64,000 bases of DNA, taken from NCBI GenBank assembly GCA_951406725.2, contig OX597817.1, positions 42,160,001-42,224,000 of the forward strand, read 5' to 3'. The position numbers were made by a program, and so were the translations under genes. The stretch is from Octopus vulgaris. Lineage: Eukaryota. The notes below the pieces were generated by a model. The model did no database searches. It saw only the letters and a program-made list of their open reading frames with translations, and was not told where the DNA came from. The number at the start of each line of letters is the position of its first letter. Position 1 is the first letter of the stretch. Below, in pieces: positions 1 through 13,654 of this stretch.

Positions 1-338
1 TTTATATATATATCTTTCTCTCCTTCTTTCTCTCTTTCTCTCTCTCTCTCTCTATCTATCTTTCTAGCTAGATAGCTAGCTATCTCCCCTGTTTCCCATC
101 CCCTTCTTTCTGCCTTTCCGCTTCCTCCTGCCCACATCCCTTCTCTCTTTCCATCTCAATCACTCGCACCACTCTCCACCCTACCACTCTCCCACCAATC
201 TCCCCACCACCTTTCTCTCTTTCCCCTCTCTTTCTTCTTCTTTTTCAACACGGCCGTCCACTGTTCTCAGTTAATGATAAGCTTAATACTTTCTCAAACA
301 GAAATATCTTATTGGCTTTCTCATGCTTTGCCTTTATG

Positions 339-382
<44 letters not shown>

Positions 383-792
383 TGCATGTATGTGATGCAT
401 ATATGCATGTGTTAGTACATGTCTTTATTAGTATGTATTTGCATGTTTATTACTTATTATCTATTTTCCATTCATTTATTTCTATTTTTACTCGAAATTT
501 CTAAACATGTATTTTTGAGACATTAGTATAAGTTTCGCTGGCTTTGAGAGTTATTTGAGCTAAAAATCATAGATCAATCTAACATTGCCCCATATTTGTT
601 CAGGTTCTTAAGAAGAAATTGACTAACACGCATGATTGATCATTCCATTGAAATCAATACCGGTTACTTAGCCGTGAAGGTGCTTAGATTTTGATGGTGG
701 GCTGCAGGTTTTCACACATTGATTGGTTGCCTGTCATCTTAACTGGTTGGTTAATCATTCAGATAAAGCAAGAGAAGCAATAAGAAAAGCAT

Positions 793-1390
<598 letters not shown>

Positions 1391-1596
1391 GATAGAAAAA
1401 ATAAATAAACCGATAAACAAATGAATCCAAAAGTGAACGGTTCATTTGGTGAGGTTCAGAAACAAGGATGTTGGATGTGAGCTGATACATGCTCAGATCT
1501 CCATGGAAACCTCTTAGTAACTATTTTAACCCTTTGCAAATATATAGCTAAATACAAACATACATTTATATATACATACAAACAAACACACACACA

Positions 1597-1645
<49 letters not shown>

Positions 1646-1982
1646 ATAGATATAGATATGGATATAGATAAATGGATATATTTATATTTATATAAATGCA
1701 AGGCAACCATATCCATGGTAATAAATAATGTAAGATATGGGACGAAAATGGAGGTGGTGGTGGTGATGGTGGTGGTGATGGTGGTGGTGATGGTGGTGGT
1801 GATGGTGGTGGTGATGGCAGTGGAGGTGGTAATGGTGAGTTAGAGTGTTGTAGTGTTGGTAGTAAATGCAGCACTGGATCAGTCAGATGGTGGTGGTGGT
1901 GGTGGTAGTTGTGATGCTGATAATTATGACTGTAACAATGATGATGATGATGACAGCGATTATGGCAATGATATTAAAAGAT

Positions 1983-2213
1983 GGCGGTGAGCTGGCAGAA
2001 ACGTTAGCGCGCCGGGCGAAATGCTTAGCGGTATTTCGTCTGTGTTACGTTGTAAGTTCAAATTCCGCCGAGGTCAACTTTGCCTTTCATCCTTTCGGGG
2101 TCGATAAATAAAGTACCAGTTACGCACTGGGGTCGATGTAATCGACTTAATACCTATGTCTGTCCTTGTTTGTCCCCTCTGTGTTTAGCCCCTTGTGGGT
2201 AATAAAGAAATAG
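1983..2213 (+). mobile_element. SINE family A, full copy (tRNA-like head, GCCTTTCATCCTTTCGGGGTCGATAAA core)
   Basis: Same ~230-bp sequence recurs at 4750, 11797(-), 17570, 26055, 26290, 29925-30630(-), 36205, 38920(-), 57795(-), 58110; B-box-like GTTCAAATTCC. Confidence 0.9.
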
Positions 2214-2429
2214 ATATTAAAAGATGGCTAGTTGTGTATTTGAAAGGTAGATAAGCAAAAGTTAGGTCTTGTTCCAAGCACAAATATCTAAAAATGAAAT
2301 CAATGAATCTTAGTGTACACCAAGGAAGTTGTCTATCTCCTTTGCTCTTAAATCTCTTTTTCGTTTTTGTCCCTGAAACAACAAATGGAAGCAATTTTAC
2401 AACTCTAAGGTTCAAACCCTGACCCAATG

Positions 2430-2620
2430 CATTGGTGGCGGCAGTAGTGGTGGCGGCAGTAGTGGTGGCGGCGGTGGGGATGGTGGTGGCGGTGGCGGTG
2501 GTGGTGGCGGTGGTAGTGGTGGTGGCGGCAGTGGTGGATGTGGCAGTGGTTGTGGTGGTGGTGGTGGCAGTGGTGGAGGAGGAAGAGGAGGAGGTAGTGG
2601 TGGTGGTGGTGGTAGTGGTA
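2430..2620. repeat. (GGT/GGC)n imperfect microsatellite
   Basis: Direct inspection. Confidence 0.95.
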
Positions 2621-3529
2621 CTACAATTCTATATTTAAGAGATGAGGAATTATGTACATTACAGCGTAATGTGTTCTTGAGCAAAACACTTCATTTTACA
2701 TTTATTCCAGTCTGCTCGACTTTAAATGAGTAACTCTGCAACAAAATGATGTCTTGTTTAGGGGGAATGTTGTGATTTTGGTCACTTGTGTGCGAGTATG
2801 TGTGCATGTGTGTGTGTGTGTGTGTGTACATCCTCCTTGTTCTCACATTGTGTGATGGTTGTAACCAAGCACTGTTTCTAAAAACTTGTCTGGCCATTAG
2901 GAAATATTAATCTTGCTTGGAAATAGGAGGAACATCGAGGAAGATCAGTCATATAAAATCTGCTTCAAAGAATTCTGTCTGATCCATGCAAACATGGAGA
3001 AGTGGACATTAAACCACTGATGGCAAAGATGATGATGATGATGATGATGACAATGATGGTGGTGGTAGTGATCATGGTGATGATGGTGATGATGATGGTG
3101 ATGATGGTGATGATGATAGTGATGATGATGGTGATGAAAACGAGGAGGAGGAGGATGGCAGACGTGTTTCACTCACCATCTTTAAAAAACAAAAACAAAC
3201 CAGTCTTTTAATTAATTTGTATTTCTTATCAATAGAAATATTTCTCAGGTTTGATATGAAATTTCATAATCTCAGTAGTTAATATGATAATACAAATAAT
3301 TTCATTAATATGAACATTTAAATAGATTACCAATACAACTGCCATAGCTGTAATCACCATTGCCATCTTGTCATTATTACAACATTGATTTTTAACCTGT
3401 TTAAATGGTTTGTGTAGGTCTTCCACTATTTGATGTCTGCATATGTTTCAATCCAGTGTTAGTATTACAACTATCTATTATCTTGTTCTTGTTTCAGTCA
3501 ATGGACTATGGCCACGCTGTAGCACCACC

Positions 3530-4768
3530 TAATGTTTCTGCCAGTATTTCACCCGTCTATTCAGTTAACAGTAATACCAGTCACAACAGTAACTGGGAGT
3601 TACTCTTAAAATAGACTGGCATCCTATCCAAGGGGAATATTCGATGTTAGGAGGAACAACAACCTGAAATTCTATTCCTGGTACAGAAGGGATTTTTTAA
3701 TATTAGCTTTAGTTACCTTTAAACTTGGCTTCATAATGTCCCTAGAAATCATTTGATATGGTGTGGTATAAAATTGCTATATTTCTTTAGCCATATCTGC
3801 AATATCATTTGTGAAGGAGCGTGGGTCAGTGGTTAGAGCGTCAGGCTTATAATCATGAGGTAGTGAGTTTGATTCCCAGACAGGGCTGTGTGTGTGTGCG
3901 CCATAGTCCATTGTTTCAGTCAATGGACTATGGTCATGCTGTAGCACCACCTTGATGGACTTAGCTTAGCTGACCAAATCAACTCTGGGACTTACTCTAA
4001 TCAGTCTCTTTTGCCAGTTTGGTAAGTTACATGGATGTAAACAAACCAACGCTAGGTGTCAAGTGGTAGGGGTGATGTAACATAACCACAGAAACATATA
4101 CATTATGTATACATTTATTACATTTATGTGTGCACACACACACACACATATATATACTACTATTACTACTAACTACTACAACTGCTACAACAACAACTAC
4201 TACTATTGCTGTGGTTATGTTACATCACCCCTATCACTTGAGAACTAGCGTTGGTTTGTTTACATCCTTGTATCTTACCAAACTGGCAAAAGAGACTGAT
4301 TAGAGTAAGTCCCGGCATTGATTTGATCAGCTAAGCAAAGTCCATCAAGGTGGTACTGCAGCATGGCCATAGTCCATTGACTGAAACAATGGACTATGGC
4401 ACACACACACACAGTCCTGTCTGGGAATCAAACTCACTACCTCATGATTATAAGCCTGACGCTCTAACCACTGACCCATGCTCCTTCACAAATGATATTG
4501 CAGATATGGCTAAAGAAATATAGCAATTTTATACCATACCATATCAAATAATTTCTAGGGACATTATGAAGCCAAGGTTAAAGGTAACTAAAGCTAATAT
4601 AAAAACCCTTCTGTACCAGAAATAGAATTTCAGGTTGTTGTTCCTCCTAACATCGAAAATTCCCCTTGGATGGGATGCCAGGCTATTTTAAGAGTAACTC
4701 CCAGTTACTGTTGTGACTGGTATTACTGTTAACTGAGTAGACGGGTGAAATGCTGACAGAAATGTTGG
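3530..4768. repeat. Long inverted duplication: arms 3530-4091 and 4209-4768, 117-bp spacer
   Basis: Arms are reverse complements with scattered substitutions; each holds unique DNA, a tRNA-like SINE head (3816-3885) and a SINE-B tail. Confidence 0.96.
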
Positions 4769-5653
4769 CATGCCAGGCGAAATGCTTAGCAGTATTTCGT
4801 CTGTTTTTATGTTCTGAGTTCAAATTCCGCCAAGGTCAACTTTGCCTTTCACCCTTTCAAGGTCAATAAATTAAGTACCAGTTGTGTACAGGGGTCAATC
4901 TAAAATTTCAGGCCTTGTGCCTAGAACAGAAACGAAATGTAAAATGAAGTATCTTGCTCAAGAACAAAATACTTCATCTAGTCTAGGAATTGAACCAACA
5001 GCCTTGTAACTGTAGGCCTACTGCCCTAACCACTACATTACATGGCATATAATAACACTGCTTGTAAAGTAATTGAAAAAATATCAAAGGAAAAGATTCA
5101 TAGAATATGGATAAAAGTTGTTCCAATAATTCGTGCATTTGGGAATAAATAATAAAATGAAACCTTAATAAAATATATACTCAACACCGAGTTTTACATT
5201 ATATACACTCACTTCAAAAGTATTTAAGATATATAAATATGTATATAGTATCATATAAATATGTTGAATAAACCTATATATTTAGTTTCCCAGTAAAATT
5301 AAGTCTCATGCTTAAACATCAGTGAGAACACAGAGAGCCATGTACAATAATATTAAACATATTGCACATGAATGTAATTTGTGTGTTTGTTATATGTCTG
5401 GTATTCTATACTGGCATTGACACAGGTTGGACAAGTATTTCTTAGTGACAGAAATTTCACAGCTGGTTGCTCTATCACCAAACTATCAGTTTTAAAACTA
5501 AGGGGAATTTTGATTCCATCATTTTCAAGAGTGTGGAGCTGCAGAAAATAATTATTACTGAGAATGTGCGTGTAGGAACACTGTTCTTTCTTTTTCTTTT
5601 TTTGTTTCTTTAATCTGACAGTGTCATGCAAGAAGCAGAAAGAAATTACAGTC

Positions 5654-5710
<57 letters not shown>

Positions 5711-6203
5711 ATTATATACGTATGCATATATATATTCTTTTGTCCTTTAATTTATTTCAGTCATTTCACTGTGGCCATGCTGGAGCACCACCTGTGGTTA
5801 AACAAATCAACCCCAGGACTTATTCTTTGTAAGCATAGTATTTATTCTATCAGTCTCTTTTGCCGAACTACTAAGTTACAGGGATGTAAACATACCAACA
5901 TCGGTTGTCAAATGATTGTGTGGGACAAACATAGACATACAAAAAGCACTAAGTATATGCTGCAAACTGGTTGGTTTTAAAAAGGGCTTCCAGTCATAGA
6001 AAGCATGCCAGAGTAGACATGAAACATGAAGCAGCCCACTTGAATCATCGGATCTTGCTGAACTATCCAACCTATACCAACATGGAAATCAGACATTAAA
6101 TGAAGATATTGTTATTTATACAGGTACATACATACATAAATGTATGTGTGTGTGCATGTATGTATGTATTTATATATATATGTATGTATATGTATATATA
6201 TAT

Positions 6204-6254
<51 letters not shown>

Positions 6255-6255
<1 letters not shown>

Positions 6256-6545
6256 TGATCGTGGCCATGCCAGCCTCGCCTGGCCTCCGTGCCGGTGCAC
6301 GCAAAAAACACCATCCGAGCATGGCCGTTCGCCAGCCTCGTCTGGTACCTGTGTCGGTGGCAGATAAAAAGCACCCACTACACTCACGGAGTGGTTGGCG
6401 TTAGGAAGGGCATCCAGCTGTAGAAAGACCGCCAGATCTGACTGGCCTGGTGCAGCCTTCGGGCTTCCCAGACCCCAGTTGAACCATCCAACCCATGCTA
6501 GCATGGAAAGCAGATGTTAAACGATGATGATGATGATGATGATAT
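6255..6545 (+). mobile_element. SINE family C (GGCGTTAGGAAGGGCATCCAGCTGTAGAAA...CCCATGCTAGCATGGAAA, (GAT)n tail)
   Basis: Recurs at 5955, 12740-13240, 25295, 30965-31365(-), 41895, 43290, 48480, 53995, 59180, 63500(-); internal ~50-bp tandem subunits. Confidence 0.88.
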
Positions 6546-6547
6546 AC

Positions 6548-6608
<61 letters not shown>

Positions 6609-6613
6609 CATAC

Positions 6614-6681
<68 letters not shown>

Positions 6682-6865
6682 GAAAATTACAGGAAAACAA
6701 AAAATGAAGACAGGTGTATGAACAACAAGCAGGTGTATCAGTTTGATGCTCAGGAAAGTGAGACGGTCTTTTACGCTTTGAGGCTATGCTCTTGAATAGA
6801 GAGAAATAAGAGAAAATAAACAGAAAGAGAATAAAAAACTTGTAAACTTAGCAATCAAGTATATA

Positions 6866-6899
<34 letters not shown>

Positions 6900-6900
<1 letters not shown>

Positions 6901-9458
6901 GTGGTGGTTTGTCTACTCCTTATGCAGAGTGTGACCACCTCCTGTACCTACACATTAGCACCATTATAGCATCTGATGTGGATTTTTAAACCAGACAATG
7001 TTCTGAAAAAACACCCACATAGATTGCACCTCTGATTTGGACCATCTAGAGCTCTAGATAAGTTCTGCTTTTTGTGAATCTTATAATGTCTCTTGAGGCC
7101 TCCATTGGATTTGCAAACCTGGTATACACTGCATTCAAAGGTGTGCACAGACATATAGGCAGAATTGTTGGTGGTTTGTTTTCCATGTGTTTGCAGATGA
7201 GATTTGAGGCTAGCAAAAGACAGGCATGGTCTGTCACAGACTGTGCACACAAAAAGGTCATTGTCATTCACCTTCTTGTTACATTCTTTCTCAGATCTCT
7301 TTTGAGTCTTACTTGTGTTATCCTGGTCTCTACAAATGCTTTCACTCCACTCCACACCTTTGTTTGCCATCCAACTTTATCCGAAGCAAGGGTTTCTATA
7401 TCTTCTGGAACCATTCCCAGTGATTTCATAGTACACCTTATGCTGTCCTTAAACCATTTTTTAAAGTTTACCCCGATAACATTTCCCCTCTGCAAGCTTA
7501 CCATAAAACAGCTGTTTCAGCATGCGTTCATCTATCATTTGAACAATATTGCCACACCATCTCAATTGGTTCCTCAAAATCATAGCTTTAATTGAGGTGA
7601 TATATGCAGATGCAAGGACATCTGTGTTTAGAGAAAAAAGTCTCTATTTAATTTTAAAAATTCGATGAAGGCATTTTTGGTGGAATTGTTCTGACAATTT
7701 AAAATGCCTTTCATAACAAGTCCAAGTTTCACAGGAATACAACAGGGATGGTAAGACAAATGATCTGTAAAGAGCCAACTTTGTATTCTTATTTATATGT
7801 TGCTGGCACCAAACATGTGACTCCAAGCCACCAAATGCTTTTGCTGCCCTTTGAATTCACCGCTGTATTTCTGTATCAAGATTTTCATCATTTTGAACAG
7901 AGCTTCCAAGGTAAACAAACAAATCAATGACCTCAAGTAATATTCCCTAAACAAAAATTTCAGGGGAGTTACAAACAGCACCACACACAGGTTGATGCAT
8001 TACAACAGCTGAGTAAAATGCAGATACAAGAGATTGCACACCTGTTTCAGAATGACTGACTAGATTGCGATCATCAGCGTACAAAAGTTCCCTAATGAGT
8101 GAAGTAAAAAACCTTCCTTTTGAATTTCAGTCTGGTCAGATTAAAAAACATTCCCTGTTGTTTCATATTTTATGTAAATACCCTCCTTTGAATTTTGAAA
8201 AGCATGTGAGAACACAACAGCAAAAGATTCAGAGAGCCTACCGCCAAAATTAACTCTAGCTTTCATATCTTGATGCAAAGCCCTTTTCTGGCAACCTATT
8301 TTCCTTAGAATTAACCACAGAGCATTTCAATTAACAATATCAAATGCTTTGCTTAAATCAACAAAGCAATAGTATAGAGCAAGATTCTGTTCAATGCACT
8401 TTTCTTGTAATTGTCTGATTGTAAAGATACAATCAGCTGTGCCCCTGGTGGAATGAAAACCACACTGTGACTCAGACACTATATTTGGAACTATAAAGGT
8501 ATTTAAATGTTCTAACAAAATGTGGGCAAGAACCTTTCCAACCACAGACAAAAGCAAAATCCCATGAAAATTACCACACAGATCCTTTGGCCTCGAATTA
8601 TACAATGGCATCAATCCAGTCTTGAGGCACTTTCTCAGTTCCCCATCAATGACAAATTAATATGTTTAAGAGTTCAAACATTTTGTCACCACTGTAGTTC
8701 AAGACTTCTGCACAGATTCCATCAAATCCTGAGAATTATTGTTATTCAGCTTATTCACAGCTAAATAGATGTAATTTAGAATTGCTTCAAATGCCATCTC
8801 TTCTATAACTGGAAGATGTTTGATTTTTTTCTGTTGTCCTCATGTCATCAGATGGTGGTCTATTCAAAAGTGCAGGAAAATGTTCTACCCGATGCTTATG
8901 AATAGAAGTGGTGTCAGACAGAAGAAAACGTCCATTTGCTGTTCTCACTGGAGCTATTGAAGAAGATTTTGGGCCATATACCTCCTTAACATAAGAGTAC
9001 AAACCCTTGGCATCATTTCTATCAGCTGCTTCTTGTGCCCCTTTTGCTCTATCATTCCACCATTCCTGTTTAATTTTCTTTAGAACTGTCTGCACTTTCC
9101 TTTTCAGCTTTCTGTAAACTTCGTTTGAGTTGGGGTTCAAGGACTGAGAAAGAAGTGTATTGCCTAAGTTTTGGTTTTCTAAAAGTAGATCATGAATTTC
9201 TGATGATCTATCTGAGAACCAGTCACTGGACTTACATGATTTAAATCCCATTGATGAACTCGCAACCTGAAATACTTTTGTTTTGAAATCTTCCCATAGA
9301 TTGTTTGGGCCAAGATTGATACTTTCTATAGCATTGTGGAATCTTTGGAAGTTGCTTTATAATTTAAAGTGTGCAACATTTAACTTTTTGGGTACCTTAG
9401 GAACAGACTGTCAATTTTTAGGCATCATTGAAAAATCAATTTTTCCACGCACTAAATA
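6900..9458 (-). mobile_element. Decayed RTE-clade LINE (RT plus C-terminal triple C2H2 zinc fingers), 5'-truncated
   Basis: CGNFHGILLLSVVGKVLAHIL, SESQCGF, CFVDLSKAFD (8327-8614), IRELLYADD (~8070-8095), SLLYSCETWT (7644-7826), three CxxC..HxxxH units (6948-7370); many frameshifts and stops. Confidence 0.93.
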
Positions 9459-9472
9459 ACATATATATATAT

Positions 9473-9890
9473 ATATATAATATTAATTAGAGACAAAACC
9501 ACTATTATGCAAATCAAACAAAGAAAGACTTAATCCAATACATAAAAAATTTTATATAAATTAAATAAAATTAAATTCGCCACTACAATTGTTTCGTGTC
9601 TCTTCTAAGGACATTCATAACTTAAAATTGAATAGAAGATCTGAATACCACCTGATGAATGTCCTTAGAAGAGACACGAAACAATTGTAGTGGCGAATTT
9701 AATTTTATTTAATTTTATTTAATTTATATAAAATTTTTTATGTATTGGATTAAGTCTTTCTTTATTTGATTTGCATAATAGTGGTTTTGTCTCTAATTAA
9801 TATTATATAATATTTTACTATAAAATTGGATTCAGTCCTAAATCTGATTTTTCCCTGTAAATTTGGATTTATTCCCTAATATTTATTATT
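9473..9890 (+). mobile_element. Fold-back Penelope-like remnant, family P-A: arms 9473-9618 / 9655-9808 plus 3' tail, in (TA)n
   Basis: ~146-bp near-perfect inverted arms; hammerhead at the junction; tail shared with 27289-27415. Confidence 0.85.
9648..9693 (+). ncRNA. Type-I hammerhead ribozyme motif
   Basis: CCAC-CUGAUGA-a-UGUC(cuuagaaga)GACA-c-GAAA-CAAUUG-UA|GUGG: stem I CCAC/GUGG, palindromic stem III ACAAUUGU, predicted GUA cleavage after 9689. Confidence 0.82.
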
Positions 9891-9977
9891 ATATATATAT
9901 ATATACACACACACACATGCATATATGGATACAGGACATCACCAACGGTGTAAATAACATGAAATACATAAACAACC

Positions 9978-10397
9978 GCAGACGCAGGAGTGGCTGTGTG
10001 GTAAATAGCTTGCTAACCAACCACATGGTTCCGGGTTCAGTCCCACTGCATGGCATCTTGGGCAAGTGTCTTCTGCTATAGCCCCGGGCCGACCAATGCC
10101 TTGTGAGTGGATTTGGTAGGCAGAAACTGAAAGAAGCCTGTCGTATATATGTGTATATATATATGTGTGTGTATGTGTGTGTGTGTTTGTGTGTCTGTGT
10201 TTATCCCCCTAGCATTGCTTGACAACCGATGCTGGCGTGTTTACATCCCCGTCACTTAGGGGTTTGGCAAAAGAGACCGATAGAATAAGTACTTGGCTTA
10301 CAAAGAATAAGTCCCGGGGTTGATTTTCTCAACTAAAGGCGGTGCTCCAGCATGGCCGCAGTCAAATGATTGAAACAAGTGAAAGAGTAAAAGAGTA
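9978..10397 (+). mobile_element. SINE family B, full copy (tRNA head + CORE-like CTTGGGCAAGTGTCTT + internal microsatellite + LINE-like tail)
   Basis: About 20 full or partial copies, e.g. 12100-12500(-), 15200-15730(-), 17895-18180, 35155-35580, 41265-41650, 46045-46475(-), 51705-52105(-); (GTAAAAGA)n tail. Confidence 0.92.
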
Positions 10398-10584
10398 ACC
10401 AAAAAGGACCCTTCATCAGTTGTCAGTTGTCTATCTACTCCACATTTCAAGCATTCAATGACAATATGAGTCTTCAAAGACAGTTGCTCCCATAAATTCT
10501 AAAATATAATTTAGGATTTATGGAGGGTCAAAAATTTGGGAACAAAAAAAAATGACATTGGAGACATAGAAAGGAAACCAAACA

Positions 10585-10617
<33 letters not shown>

Positions 10618-10914
10618 AACACACATACACACACACACACATACATATATACATATATTTCACATATAAATGTCTCACTGTGGTTATTTAAGATGCAGTT
10701 TCCTACAATTTCATATAGCACTGTGGATAATTACAGAGAACAACGATAATGAACAATGGAGATAATTTGATAAATTGATGAGGAATACAAGTAGGAAAAT
10801 ATAATAACAAAATGTCTAATTAAAATTAATGACACCACTGTACACACTCAAAAGTGTAAGAAGAAGGTGAGCCATGGTGATGAGAAAATTTGAATTGCTG
10901 GATAAATTAAGAGC

Positions 10915-10959
10915 AGCAGCAGCAGTAGAAGTAGTGGAAGTTACAAAACCAGCACCAAC

Positions 10960-11004
<45 letters not shown>

Positions 11005-11194
11005 TGCAGCAGTAGTAATAGTAGCAGTAGCAGCAGCAGTAGAAGTAGTTGTAGCAGTAATAGGAGCAGCAACAGTAACAGTAGTAGTAGTAATAGTAGT
11101 AATAGTAGCAGCAGCAGCAACAACAATAGTAGTAGTTGTAGTAGTAGTAGTAGTAGTTGTAGCAGTAATAGGAGCAGTAACAACTACAACAGTG

Positions 11195-11231
<37 letters not shown>

Positions 11232-11590
11232 CAGCAGCAGCAGCGGCGGCAACAACAACAACAGTAGTAGTAGTCGTAGTAGTAGTAGTAGTAGTAGTAG
11301 TAGTAATAGTAGTAGTAGTAGTAGTAATAGTAGTAGTAGTAGTAGTACCAGCAGCAGTAGCAGCACCAGCAGCACCACCACCAGTAGTAATAGTAGTAAT
11401 AGTAGTAGTAGTAGTGATGATGGTGGTGGTAGTGGTGGTAGTGGTGGTAGTGGTGTTATTGACAGCAGCACCACTACTACCAGTGGTAGTAGTGGTGGTG
11501 GTGGATGCAGTAGTATTATTGACAGCAGCAGCAACAGCAGCAGCAACAGCAGCAGTGCCACCCAGTGGTGGTAGTAGTAGTAGTAGTATC
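10915..11590. repeat. (AGT/AGC)n compound microsatellite
   Basis: Direct inspection. Confidence 0.96.
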
Positions 11591-12099
11591 AATTTTTGGT
11601 TTTTTAAAACAAAAGAGAAACACTCAAAATTAAAATTCAATATTGGGTGCTGAGAAAAATAATTATCCAATTTCAATACTCTGCAATTAACAAATATTCG
11701 TAAGTGGAATTTACAAAAAGCAAATAAATAAATTAACGAAGAAGAACAACAACAACAATGACAACAGCAGCAGCAACAATTATGATGATAATAATGATCC
11801 TTTCTATTATAGACACAAGGCCTGGATTTTGTGGGGAGGGGGACAGCCGATTACATTGACCCCCCAGTACTCAACTGGTACTTAATTCATCGACCCCCTC
11901 CCTCCCGAAAGGATGAAAGGTTAAGTCAACCTCGGCAGAATTTGAACTCATAATGTTGCAGCAGAAGGAATACCACTAAGGATATTGCCCAGCATGCTAA
12001 CAATTCTGCCAGCTCATCACTTTAATAATGAGAAGAAGAAGAAGAAAAATGATAATGATAATAATAATATTAATAATAATAGTATATAAATGTATATAC

Positions 12100-12295
12100 T
12101 CTTTACTCTTTACTCTTTACTTGTTTCAGTCATTTGACTGCGGCCATGCTGGAGCACCGCCTTTAGTTGAGCAAATCGAAGCCCGGGACTTATTCTTTGT
12201 AAGCCCAGTACTTATTCTATCGGTCTCTTTTGCCGAACTGCTAAGTGACGGGGACATAAACACACCAGCATCGGTTGTCAAGCACAGACACACAA

Positions 12296-12328
<33 letters not shown>

Positions 12329-12500
12329 CATATATACGACAGGCTTCTTTCAGTTTCCGTCTACCAAATCCACTCACAAGGCATTGGTCGGCCCGGGGCT
12401 ATAGCAGAAGACACTTGCCCAAGATGCCACGCAGTGGGACTGAACCCGGAACCATGTGGTTGGTAAACAAGCTACTTACCACACAGCCACTCCTGCACCT
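12100..12500 (-). mobile_element. SINE family B copy
   Basis: Reverse complement of 9978-10397. Confidence 0.9.
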
Positions 12501-12739
12501 ATATATATACATATATATATATGCATGAGTGTGTATATGTTTGTGTGTCTGTGTTTGTCCCCCCAACATCACTTGACAACTGATGCTGGTGTGTTTGCAT
12601 TCCCGTAACTTAACGGTTCAGCAAAAGGGCTCAAGTCCTGGGGTCAATTTACTCAACTAAAGGCGGTGCTCCAGCATGGCCACAGTCAAATGACTGAAAC
12701 AAGTAAAAGAATAAAAGAATAAAAGAATACGCATGTATG

Positions 12740-13240
12740 CTCGAGAAGACCCGGGCAGTCAAATGAGATTGGAGCCATGGCTGATGCTCGTGTTGCATAA
12801 CTGGCCTGTTTAAAAGTACCCTTCAATCATCAGGCAATATGCTCTGCATGAGAGGACGAGTTGAGTCAAGTGAAATCATAGCCGTGGTCGATGCCAGTAC
12901 TGCTTGACTGGCTCCATGCCAATGGCACATAAGAAGCACCATTTGAGCATGGTCAATGTCAGTGCTGCCAGACTAGCTCCTGTGCCAGTGACACATAAAA
13001 AGCATGATTTGAGTGTGCTCAATGGCGGTGCCACCTGATTGCCCCTGTGCTGGTGACATGTAAAAAGCACCCACTACACTCTCGGAGTGGTTGGTGTTAG
13101 GAAGAGCATCCAGCTGTAGAAAAATTGACAAATCAGATTGGAGCCCGGTGCAGCCTCCTGGCTTGCCAGCTTTCAGTCAAACTGTCAAACCCATGCCAGC
13201 ATGGAAAGTGGACTTTAAACGATGATAATGATGATGACGA
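12740..13240 (+). mobile_element. SINE family C, long copy with internal tandem subunits
   Basis: Similar to 6255-6545; (GAT)n tail. Confidence 0.8.
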
Positions 13241-13295
13241 CGATAATACATACTTCCCATAAACACACACACGCACATTCACTTACATATATATC

Positions 13296-13368
<73 letters not shown>

Positions 13369-13370
13369 CT

Positions 13371-13572
13371 ATCAAAATAAGCAACAAGGATATCCAGAGG
13401 TAATGCAGTATGATCGTTTCATGCGACTTCAATTAAATGGAGTCACATGAAATGATCGTACTGCATTACCTCTGGAAATCCTTGTTGCTTATTTTGATTT
13501 TAATCACCTTACTTTGAAATTGTATGGATAACACCGTACTAAATTCTGGTGCCTCAACTTAAGTACCATATT
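13371..13572 (+). mobile_element. Fold-back Penelope-like remnant, family P-B: arms 13371-13431 / 13438-13498 plus tail, in (TCTA)n
   Basis: ~61-bp inverted arms containing the 3' half of a hammerhead (GAAAyGATCGTA-CTGCAT); tail matches 56775-56885 and 59040-59150. Confidence 0.85.
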
Positions 13573-13593
13573 CATCTGTATCTATCTATCTAC

Positions 13594-13637
<44 letters not shown>

Positions 13638-13654
13638 ATATCTATCTACCTGTC

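Noticed and set aside
3816-3885. tRNA-like sequences (also 44172-44235 and 63766-63840)
   Set aside because: A/B boxes present but no complete cloverleaf or acceptor stem; they are SINE heads
6948-7370. C2H2 zinc-finger host gene
   Set aside because: Colinear with RTE RT fragments on the same strand; part of the LINE ORF
9473-9808. Reading the hairpins as MITEs or pre-miRNAs
   Set aside because: One-sided tails, variable arm length within a family, hammerhead cores and linkage to GIY-YIG fit Penelope-type insertions better
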